Below, in pieces: positions 38,248-46,287 of a DNA stretch of 62,336 nt. Origin of the DNA: an archaeon. Its GTDB lineage: Archaea; SpSt-1190; DYHY01. How positions within the stretch are numbered: the stretch's first letter is position 1; every line of letters starts with the position of its first letter. The stretch is taken from positions 110,463-172,798 of the forward strand of contig JBBIPP010000002.1 in NCBI GenBank assembly GCA_037442745.1, in the 5' to 3' direction. The notes beneath the pieces were generated by a model. The model searched no databases, had not been told where the DNA came from, and worked only from the letters and a program-made list of their open reading frames with translations. The position numbers were made by a program, and so were the translations under genes.

Positions 38248-39155
38248 TCAACCTCAGTCGAGTTGGAGTTGCCAAGACCTTTCGCTATTTTCAGGTACTC
38301 GGTATATGCTTCCCTCAAAAGCTTCATTGCGGTAGAGAGTTCCTGCTTTGATTCCCTCATCAGACGGTTGCCTTCCACAATATTGTCCCCGCCGAAAGCG
38401 ATTTTTGCAGAGCCAAAAAGGGAATTGGCCAAGTCTAGATGAGAATCCGCTTCATGGAGTTTTGCCGAGACTAATGATGTGTCTTTTCCGAGACTTGCGA
38501 GTTCTTCGGTCTTATTCTCCAATCTTTCCGACACTGAGACCGCCTTCCTATAAAGGACAAACCCTTTCTCAACCCTTGCTAGATAGTATATCCTATGGGA
38601 GAGCGCCTTTACATTGTTCCAGACGCCTTTCATTTCTCTTGAAGCTTCCGCAAGAGAAGTCCTGTTAGCTGCGACGGATATTTTCTCTTTCACTGAAGCA
38701 ACTGACGCGTTCGCCGAATCGAGTTCAGAGAGCCATTTTTCCTGAAGAGCCTCAAGAGCCTCCCCATCAGTCGAGTTGAAGGAAGCGACGAGGATTGCCT
38801 CGTTCCTGACAATGCTTATCAGGCTAGTCAGTTTGTCGGCAGACCTTATCATATAGTCTTTAGCCTTTTCCAGAAGGGCTTCCTGGGAGACTTTCCTCTC
38901 CGATGCCTGATTCCTAAGACCTTGAGAATAACCGAGCCTAGCAGTCAAAAAGTCGTTCCTCGCTTCCCTGTATTCGGAAACAGACTCCCTGTAACTCTCC
39001 GCAACCTGCTTCATTTCGCCTCTGGCTTTCTCCCTCGCCTCCTTTACGGACCCGGCATACTGGCCCGCTGCGAAAGCTCCGGAGAAGAGTATGAGCATTG
39101 CCACTGCGATTCCAAGAACCGCGAACGCTCCGCCACTTGCCATTTTTCTTTCCAT
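38244..39155 (-). CDS. N-terminally membrane-anchored alpha-helical/coiled-coil protein (hypothetical)
   Basis: An N-terminal TM helix (GGAFAVLGIAVAMLILFSGAFA) is followed by ~270 aa of E/K/A/L-rich helical sequence. Confidence 0.45.
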   Translation of the reverse strand: MERKMASGGAFAVLGIAVAMLILFSGAFAAGQYAGSVKEAREKARGEMKQVAESYRESVSEYREARNDFLTARLGYSQGLRNQASERKVSQEALLEKAKDYMIRSADKLTSLISIVRNEAILVASFNSTDGEALEALQEKWLSELDSANASVASVKEKISVAANRTSLAEASREMKGVWNNVKALSHRIYYLARVEKGFVLYRKAVSVSERLENKTEELASLGKDTSLVSAKLHEADSHLDLANSLFGSAKIAFGGDNIVEGNRLMRESKQELSTAMKLLREAYTEYLKIAKGLGNSNSTEVE

Positions 39156-39254
39156 GAATAGCCGGCCTCGGATTTTCCTTAAATAAACTCTTTCGAAAGC
39201 TTTACGAAGCTTCAGCTAAAGCTTTATATCCCCGTTTTACAGGCATATTGGATA

Positions 39255-40025
39255 ATGGGGAAAAGCTCCCGGATTTTGGCACTTTTGTTCATTTTCCTAA
39301 TTCTCTGTTCTTCCCCAGTCTTCCCAGCATCCATTTCCGGGAGCGCGCATTACTGGGACACTCTTGAGCCAGCAAGCCAGATGGTTTTCTCGATAAACAC
39401 TACCCCTGTTCAGACAATAGTCTCCCTTGAAGGAGCGTATTCGTTCACTGTCGGCCCTGGAACTTATGCAGTTTCCGCTAAAAAAATGGAGAAAGGGCAA
39501 GTCTCTTTCGAGGACTCGTCAGAGATAACTGTTCTTTCGGATGTCGGAGAATACAGAATAGATTTTATCCTGTTTCCTTCGGACGATTACTTTTCCGAGG
39601 AACTAGACTTTTCCGGGGAAAACGAGGGGTTAGTCGAGCTTCCCAAAGAGGGCGCTCCCGAAAATTCTTCCCTTGCAATAATCCCAGCGCTTCTTGCTGG
39701 AGCTTTTCTCATCGCCTTTATCGCAAACAGGAAAAATTCACAGGCATTTTCCAAAGGGGCTACAAAGCGCAGTCCCAAAGGCAAGCAAACAAAAAAAAGG
39801 CTCCCAAGGGAATCCCCCAAAGGCACCCCAAAAGAAGCCGAGGAAATTCTCAGAATTATCAGGGAGGCTGGAGGAAGAATGTCCCAGAGGGATTTGAGGA
39901 AAGCCCTCCCTTATTCCGAAGCGAAAGCAAGCCTGATTGTCTCTGAACTAGACGCAAGGGGAATTGTGAAGAAATACAAAAGGGGAAGGACGAACCTCCT
40001 CGTATTGTCAGAAGCCTACCGGTAA
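39255..40025 (+). CDS. Single-pass membrane protein with an extracellular Ig-like/CarboxypepD_reg-like domain and a cytoplasmic C-terminal winged-helix HTH
   Basis: A signal peptide is followed by a beta-rich domain (SFTVGPGTYAVSAKKMEKGQV) and a TM helix (AIIPALLAGAFLIAFIA). The C-terminus EEILRIIREAGGRMSQRDLRKALPYSEAKASLIVSELDARGIVKK is HTH-like. Confidence 0.55.
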   Translation: MGKSSRILALLFIFLILCSSPVFPASISGSAHYWDTLEPASQMVFSINTTPVQTIVSLEGAYSFTVGPGTYAVSAKKMEKGQVSFEDSSEITVLSDVGEYRIDFILFPSDDYFSEELDFSGENEGLVELPKEGAPENSSLAIIPALLAGAFLIAFIANRKNSQAFSKGATKRSPKGKQTKKRLPRESPKGTPKEAEEILRIIREAGGRMSQRDLRKALPYSEAKASLIVSELDARGIVKKYKRGRTNLLVLSEAYR

Positions 40026-40352
40026 AATTCGGGCGAGAGAATTACTAGTTTCTTTTCCGGGATGAGCTTTCCGGACTTGTCGAAAACGAACCTCCAATAA
40101 ACCCTCTTCCCAGAGAGGACTTTTGTAAGCCAGACTTTATCGTCCGCCCACGTCTCCCCGCAAGGGATGTTATTTTCATCAAACCAAAAAGGGCCCTGCT
40201 TACTGGGTTTCTAGAGGAGTTCCAGAAAATTTCTCGGAGAAATATGCGAAAACCCTCATGAACGGCCGGCCCTTTCTTATCGGAAACATCTCGACAGTTA
40301 GGGGCATTTCTCAGGAAAGCCTCCAAGAGAAATGGATTAAATATGTTTATGG

Positions 40353-41012
40353 TTGTTTTCCCCCAAAATGAAACTTGACTTGTGGGGAAAGCTCGCCTTT
40401 CTGACGTGTTCCTTGACTTTTATAATGTCCTTCATAGCCTATCCGATACTCCCCGATAAGATTGCCACCCATTGGAACATTTCCGGAGAACCCGATCAAT
40501 ATTCCGGAAGGGCGTTCGGCGCATTCCTCCTGCCAGCAATTCTCTTTGGGCTTTTGGCTCTGCTGGAATTCCTCCCGAAAATAGATCCGGCGAACAAAGG
40601 AGCAGGGGAGGGGTTTTCCAAAGCATACGGGATTGTCAAGCTTTCCCTAGCGTTGTTCCTTTCCGGGCTACATGCCTTTGTCCTTTTCTTCCAAAGCCTG
40701 GGAAATCCTGACATAAGGCCGTTCATGGCATACTTTATGTTCTTTCTGTTCCTTTCAATCGGGCTCGCCCTTCCCAAAACCAAGAGGAACTATTTTCTCG
40801 GCATAAGGACTCCTTGGACCCTTGAGAGCGAAGCGGTCTGGGAGAGGACGCACGCTGAAGGCGGACGGGTTTTCCGTTTTGCTTCTGCAATCCTATTCGC
40901 CGGAGTTTTCCTCCCTGAACTTTTCTTCACATCAATTTTCCTCATACTCGGAGCCTCGGCATATCTTGTTGTTTTCTCCTATTTCGCCTTTAGAAATAGC
41001 CGGAAACAGTAG
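40353..41012 (+). CDS. SdpI/YhfL-family membrane protein (DUF1648 plus SdpI-like)
   Basis: IATHWNISGEPDQYSGRAFGAF and NYFLGIRTPWTLESEAVWERTHAEGGRVF are the typical conserved blocks. Six TM helices. Confidence 0.55.
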   Translation: MFSPKMKLDLWGKLAFLTCSLTFIMSFIAYPILPDKIATHWNISGEPDQYSGRAFGAFLLPAILFGLLALLEFLPKIDPANKGAGEGFSKAYGIVKLSLALFLSGLHAFVLFFQSLGNPDIRPFMAYFMFFLFLSIGLALPKTKRNYFLGIRTPWTLESEAVWERTHAEGGRVFRFASAILFAGVFLPELFFTSIFLILGASAYLVVFSYFAFRNSRKQ

Positions 41013-41598
41013 TCCTTTTCTGGCTGATTCCTAGAACGGGCGCAAGAAGGCGGTCAAGCGAGCCGAGTTCTCCCGGCAAAACTTCAATTACTTCCGCGCC
41101 CAGTTTCTTGTAGAGCGCCCTTTTCAGCGGAGTTTTGACAAACGTGTAATATGCGATTGCGCGCTCGTGGCGTTTTCTCAGGGATTTGGCCGAGAACTTT
41201 TTACTTGGAAAATAGAGCCCGAGATATTCGATATGAATCTTCCTCGGCTTTCCGGAAGGAACCTCTTCCCCTTCAACTGAAAAATCGCATCTGAATAGTT
41301 CCGGCCTAGCCTTTTCAATCGAAAAGCTTTTTCGAAGCGACTTCGCTACCGATTCGTCCGCCTCCGAGAGGGCGCGGGCGACAATCTCCCATTTCTCTTT
41401 TTCAGGGAATTTTATTGGCGCCTTCCCAGCAATTCTCCCGTGAATCCTGAAACTGATCCCCTTTTCCGAGAGCCACAGCGCAATTCTCTCCTCAGCTGAG
41501 CTTCCGGTTTTTCTTTCCGGAGAGAATGCCTTTCTGAAGAGAAAGCCCTTCCGTCCGGCGGTTTTTCCGAAGAGATCAGCCTGCCTAGATTTCGCCAT
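40990..41598 (-). CDS. Hypothetical protein, possibly with a restriction-endonuclease-like (Vsr/DUF559-like) fold
   Basis: RCDFSVEGEE...KIHIEYLGLYFP. The start is chosen at MAKSRQ (41598), 10 nt after the ferredoxin-like gene's stop. The call is weak. Confidence 0.3.
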   Translation of the reverse strand: MAKSRQADLFGKTAGRKGFLFRKAFSPERKTGSSAEERIALWLSEKGISFRIHGRIAGKAPIKFPEKEKWEIVARALSEADESVAKSLRKSFSIEKARPELFRCDFSVEGEEVPSGKPRKIHIEYLGLYFPSKKFSAKSLRKRHERAIAYYTFVKTPLKRALYKKLGAEVIEVLPGELGSLDRLLAPVLGISQKRTTVSGYF

Positions 41599-41608
41599 TT
41601 TCCCAAAC

Positions 41609-41878
41609 TCAAATGAGCCTTTTTTTGCGGGCAGTGTCAACAATGTGGATGCAGTTAACCGGGCAGGACTCGGCGGCAAGCATCTCTTTGCCAAGCTTTC
41701 CCAAGTCAGTTTTTTTCGGAACGAACTTTTCCCCCTTTGCCTTCCAGTTTGTTGAAATCGATGCGCACGCCCCGCAACCAATGCAGTCCTTCAGTACATG
41801 GACAATCTTGAACAACGAAGCTTTCCCTCCCGTTCCCTTGGGCTTGCCCTTTGGCTTTCCGCTACGCCTTTTCGCCAT
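41609..41878 (-). CDS. Small 4Fe-4S ferredoxin-like protein with a Lys-rich N-terminal tail
   Basis: CIGCGACASI followed by CPVNCIHIV is a single-cluster ferredoxin motif. The N-terminus MAKRRSGKPKGKPKGTGGK is basic. Confidence 0.45.
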   Translation of the reverse strand: MAKRRSGKPKGKPKGTGGKASLFKIVHVLKDCIGCGACASISTNWKAKGEKFVPKKTDLGKLGKEMLAAESCPVNCIHIVDTARKKRLI

Positions 41879-42191
41879 CCAGTTCCCCTCCCCCCATTTT
41901 CCTCCTTTTTTTGTAGAGGATGTTTATTGCCCTTGAGAGGTCCTCCAAGTCGCGCATCATTCTCTTCATTATCCCGCTGTGCTTTTTTGTAATTGCCTTG
42001 TATTCTTCCTGACTTATTGTGAATGAGAACTTGAGGGTAGCTAGGTAAGGGGGTTCGTCTTTTGTCTCGCACACTTCCACCCGTATCTTGCCAGTAGGTT
42101 CCTTGCTGAAGAGAACTCTCAAGTTCTTCAAATCAAGCAAGTGGAGGAATTTCGAATCCTGCTTTCCTTCCCCCAATTTTATCAGTTTCAT
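41862..42191 (-). CDS. Hypothetical protein (109 aa)
   Basis: ORF only. It overlaps the downstream gene by 17 nt. Confidence 0.3.
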   Translation of the reverse strand: MKLIKLGEGKQDSKFLHLLDLKNLRVLFSKEPTGKIRVEVCETKDEPPYLATLKFSFTISQEEYKAITKKHSGIMKRMMRDLEDLSRAINILYKKRRKMGGGELDGEKA

Positions 42192-42285
42192 TGCCAGAGG
42201 GACTGGCTGAAACTAGGATTTAATCTTTTTCATTGACCGCCAAGCCTAACAACATTTAATAAGGGGATTTGGTTGTTTCCAAGGG

Positions 42286-42639
42286 ATGGCTGATTTCTCA
42301 ACCGAACTGCTAAAGGACCCTGTTTTCATAATAACAATTGCAATACTTCTCGTATATGCGTGGGGCTTGAAGGGCTTGGCGGAGAATATCCTGAAAAGAA
42401 TAACAGTGTCCGAGCGCTATCTTGTCCTCTCGAAGAAAGAGACATTTCTAATAACGCTCGCGTTCGCATTCTCATCAATATATATCGGCCTCGTGATGAT
42501 AGGAATTTACGAGGCAATCTCGGGGCTTATCCGCCCGACAGGTGCCCTGCGATACATTTCCCTCGGGTTCTTCGGTCTTGGAGCAATCCTTATTGTCCTT
42601 GGCGCCAAATGGGGAAAAGAGCTCCGGGAATTGTTCTAG
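42286..42639 (+). CDS. Small membrane protein (hypothetical)
   Basis: Three hydrophobic helices. Confidence 0.4.
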   Translation: MADFSTELLKDPVFIITIAILLVYAWGLKGLAENILKRITVSERYLVLSKKETFLITLAFAFSSIYIGLVMIGIYEAISGLIRPTGALRYISLGFFGLGAILIVLGAKWGKELRELF

Positions 42640-43610
42640 AAAACCTCCTTGATTTCGGCAGAGTCGACAATCCCGTCTCCGTTCAGGTCAATTCCTTCGA
42701 CAACAAGTCCCGATTTAGCGGAGCGCACGCGCTCCCCCATTAAAAGAAGGGCTAGGAGGGCTGAGCGGGTTCCCGAGAACCTTTTTCCGGCAACAACGAC
42801 AATCTCCTTTTCAGGGCTCCAGGGGTTCTTCGTCCTTGCGACAATTCCACAGTCCTCCTCCGAATAATACTTTCCGCTCCGTTCAGACAGTATGTCCCAA
42901 TTGTGCTCCCTCTCGAAGCGAACGGGAAGACTCTCGTTCACAAGCCCAACAAGCATGTTCGTTATCGGGCCCCCCAATAGGACCAGGTTCTCTTTCCTTT
43001 CGCTCTCCCGTAGCTCGGTGTCTGTTCGCACAATAGGCCTTCCGATTGACGCGAACCCGGAGATTACCGAAGCCATTTCCCCCGAATAATGCCCGTCCCT
43101 TGCCCGCGCCCTGTTCGGGCCGTGGGAATCGGGAGAGCCGACAACAAGGAGACCGTCGAAATCCCCCTCCTTTCCAACAAAGCCCTCAAACATTTCAGGG
43201 ACATTCCTCGCACCGCCCTTTGACTTGAGAGCGAGCGCGAAATCCTTTCCCCCGGGAAGCTTCACAGCAAACGCAGTTCCTGTGACGCTGAAATAGTTCG
43301 CAATCCCCCCGCGTCGCTCCTCCCGTTTTTCCACCTTCACAAACCCCCCTGCCCTTAGAGCCCGCATGTGATAGAAGACCTTTTGCTCGGGGATTCTCAG
43401 TTTCTCCGCTAGCTTTGTCGGATAAGAGGGCTCCTTTGAGAGCTCAGAGAGAATCTGCATTCTCATTGGATTCAGAAGATAATGGAATTTCTCCTCCGAG
43501 ACAAGAACACCCTTCCTTGCGAGGTATTTTCCGCGATCCTCTTCTACCACCAACACCATTTCAATACCCTTTGTGTCAAATTTATAATACTTGTTGAAAG
43601 AACTGTACAA
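42636..43610 (-). CDS. ArsR-type HTH domain protein with a C-terminal domain of unknown function
   Basis: PMRMQILSELSKEPSYPTKLAEKLRIPEQKVFYHMRALRAGGFV is an ArsR/SmtB-like wHTH. The true start may be the internal ATG at 43559. Confidence 0.5.
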   Translation of the reverse strand: MYSSFNKYYKFDTKGIEMVLVVEEDRGKYLARKGVLVSEEKFHYLLNPMRMQILSELSKEPSYPTKLAEKLRIPEQKVFYHMRALRAGGFVKVEKREERRGGIANYFSVTGTAFAVKLPGGKDFALALKSKGGARNVPEMFEGFVGKEGDFDGLLVVGSPDSHGPNRARARDGHYSGEMASVISGFASIGRPIVRTDTELRESERKENLVLLGGPITNMLVGLVNESLPVRFEREHNWDILSERSGKYYSEEDCGIVARTKNPWSPEKEIVVVAGKRFSGTRSALLALLLMGERVRSAKSGLVVEGIDLNGDGIVDSAEIKEVF

Positions 43611-43715
43611 TTGGCGCCAGAAATACCCCCGACCACCGGGAGTTTCCCCAGAACGCTTGATTATTTTCTGCAGAATCCTTATTAAAGAAAACGCGGTTCC
43701 GAAAAAAGCTGGAAA

Positions 43716-45527
43716 ATGTGCGGAATAATAGGATATGTTGGCGAGAAGAACTGCTCGAAGATTCTAATTGACGGCCTGAAAAGCCTTGAATACAGAGGGT
43801 ATGACTCTGCGGGGATTGTTGTCCTGAACAACGGGAGCCGATGGATGAAAGTTATGAAGGTGGTCGGAAGGGTCTTTAGCCTGGAAGAGCGGATAGACAA
43901 AGAGTCCTTTCTCGGAAAGACTGGGCTCGCCCACACAAGATGGGCAACCCATGGAAAGCCATCAGTTTCAAACAGCCATCCCCATTTCGACAATGCTGGA
44001 GAGGTGGGGGTTGTCCACAACGGGATAATAGAGAACTTCTCCGAACTAAAGAGCGGGCTAATTTCCCGGGGAGTCTCCTTTGCGTCAGAGACTGACACAG
44101 AAGTGATTGCCCATCTGATAGCCGAAGAGCTCGCGAAAAAACCTTCTTCCTCCGGCAAAAAAAGGGAAAAGACACTTGAGGAGGCGGTTGCAAAAGTGCT
44201 TCCCCTCCTCCAGGGCTCCTATGCTCTCGGGGTAGTCTACCAAAAAGAGCCGGGGAAAATTGTCGCTGCTAGGAAATCAAGCCCATTGGTAATAGGGATT
44301 GGAAAGGGAGAGAATTTTCTGGCTTCAGATGTTCCCGCTTTCCTCGCCCACACGAACAGGGCGCTCGTCATGGATGACGGGGAATTGGCAGTCCTCACAG
44401 GAAAGCAAGTCTCACTTTATAGGGACGGAAAAAGCGTCAAAAAAGCTGTCTGGAAAATAGACTGGACGCCCGAGGCCGCGAAACTTAACGGATATCCGCA
44501 CTATACGCTAAAGGAGATAGAGGAACAGCCAGAGACTGTTCCCAAGGCAACGGTCCAGGAAAAAGGGATTATTGAGAGGCTGGCTAGGGACATCAAAAAG
44601 TCTGACAGGGCAGTCTTCGTTGCCTGCGGAACCTCACGGCATGCTGCGCTCATCGGAAGGTATCTCATGATGAATGAAGCGAAGAAGTACTGCGACGTTG
44701 TGTTGGCATCCGAGTTTTCCCATTTCGCGGAATCCCTCGGGAAAGGTTCCGTTGTCCTCGCAGTTTCCCAGTCGGGAGAGACCGCGGACGTAATGGAATC
44801 TGTCCGAATGGCGAAGAAGTCCGGCGCCAAAATATATTCAATAGCAAACGTGCTCGGATCAACGTTGACCAGGGAATCAATTGGGACTCTCTACATGCGG
44901 GCAGGTCAGGAGGTGGGAGTTGCCGCAACGAAATCCTTCTCGGCAACACTTGCCTGCTTCTACCTTCTCTCAAAGGCAATGAAGGGGAAGAAGGAATATC
45001 AGAAAGCTGTCCTTGATGTAAAGGCGTGGGCCCCTTTGATAAAGAGGACAATTGAGGACAACCGCGAGGCAATACAGAAAATCTCAATGGAGATAAAGGA
45101 TGCGCCTTCAGTTTATTTCATTGGAAGGGGGATAAACTTCGCTTCGGCAATTGAGGGCTCTCTTAAGCTCAAGGAAATTGCGTATATGCACTCTGAAGGG
45201 ATGCCTGCCGGGGAGCTGAAGCACGGCTCAATTGCCCTGGTTGAAAAGGGGGTTCCAATTGTTTCAATTAACCCGACGGACGAGACTTACGAGGAGACAA
45301 TATCGAACACAATGGAGGTCAGAGCAAGGGAAGGTTTTGTCATAGGAATCTCGAACAGGGAGAACCCAATATATGACAGGCTGATAAAGCTCCCAGATGC
45401 GGAAAAGAGCGCATATCCGTTGCTTTCCGTAATACCGCTCCAGATGCTCGCATATTATACGGGAGTTCTAAGAGGGAACGACGTTGACAAGCCCCGCAAC
45501 CTCGCAAAAAGCGTTACAGTCAAATAA
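43716..45527 (+). CDS. glmS: Glutamine--fructose-6-phosphate aminotransferase
   Basis: MCGIIGYVG (Ntn Cys), two SIS domains, and a C-terminal ...VDKPRNLAKSVTVK. Confidence 0.9.
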   Translation: MCGIIGYVGEKNCSKILIDGLKSLEYRGYDSAGIVVLNNGSRWMKVMKVVGRVFSLEERIDKESFLGKTGLAHTRWATHGKPSVSNSHPHFDNAGEVGVVHNGIIENFSELKSGLISRGVSFASETDTEVIAHLIAEELAKKPSSSGKKREKTLEEAVAKVLPLLQGSYALGVVYQKEPGKIVAARKSSPLVIGIGKGENFLASDVPAFLAHTNRALVMDDGELAVLTGKQVSLYRDGKSVKKAVWKIDWTPEAAKLNGYPHYTLKEIEEQPETVPKATVQEKGIIERLARDIKKSDRAVFVACGTSRHAALIGRYLMMNEAKKYCDVVLASEFSHFAESLGKGSVVLAVSQSGETADVMESVRMAKKSGAKIYSIANVLGSTLTRESIGTLYMRAGQEVGVAATKSFSATLACFYLLSKAMKGKKEYQKAVLDVKAWAPLIKRTIEDNREAIQKISMEIKDAPSVYFIGRGINFASAIEGSLKLKEIAYMHSEGMPAGELKHGSIALVEKGVPIVSINPTDETYEETISNTMEVRAREGFVIGISNRENPIYDRLIKLPDAEKSAYPLLSVIPLQMLAYYTGVLRGNDVDKPRNLAKSVTVK

Positions 45528-45592
45528 TAGGTTTCGGGAGGCCGGTAATTGCGCAAAAGCGTTTAATACTACGCGGGCGGGAAGGGAATTCA

Positions 45593-46189
45593 ATGGTTGC
45601 GGAAGCTTACCTTGGGGGAATTTTTGGAAAGCTCCTCGAAATTATTACCGAACCTTTCATGATAGGGGGTCTGTTCATTTCGGGAATCATTCTCCACAAA
45701 TTCTTCCACAGGAAAGATGCGCTTTTCGCGCTATTCATTTTCATTGTCCTGATTGTCTCCGTCTCAGGAGGCGCCTCCCTCGCCCTGAAGGAACATTTCG
45801 GAATTGAGAGGCCGTGCGCCGGAAAGACCCTTTCCTGCCCTACCGACAAGTCCTTCCCGTCAGGGCATGCGACAGTCTCCTTTGCAGTGTTCTCCTTTCT
45901 CTTTTTCCTTAACGGCAGGTGGGTTGCATCAGAGACAATTCTCGCATTCCCGTTCATAATATCCCTTGCAAGGGTCCTCCAAGGAGTGCACACAATTGCA
46001 GACATTTCATTCGGGGCAATTCTTGGGACACTGACAGGACTAATTTTCTCAAGAATTCACATTTTCTCCAATTCCCTTGCGGAAAAGAAGTTCAGAAGGG
46101 ATTCGGAACCTATCAACGGCAAAGACCAGCTCTGGAAAAAAAGCGAGGGCGTCCTGAGAAAGGAGAGCCAGAAAGGTAGAAACTTGTAG
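45593..46189 (+). CDS. PAP2-family phosphatase (membrane phosphatidic-acid/undecaprenyl-PP phosphatase-like)
   Basis: Has the PSGH and SR-x5-H-x3-D blocks (KSFPSGHATVS, ARVLQGVHTIADI). Confidence 0.7.
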   Translation: MVAEAYLGGIFGKLLEIITEPFMIGGLFISGIILHKFFHRKDALFALFIFIVLIVSVSGGASLALKEHFGIERPCAGKTLSCPTDKSFPSGHATVSFAVFSFLFFLNGRWVASETILAFPFIISLARVLQGVHTIADISFGAILGTLTGLIFSRIHIFSNSLAEKKFRRDSEPINGKDQLWKKSEGVLRKESQKGRNL

Positions 46190-46287
46190 ATACTCTTTGC
46201 AAGTTTATTAAAGTTTCCAACGGATTGGTTTTTGTTACTATTCAGTAATCGGTCTTTGTTATATAGAAAAGAGTCCCTTTAGTAAGC

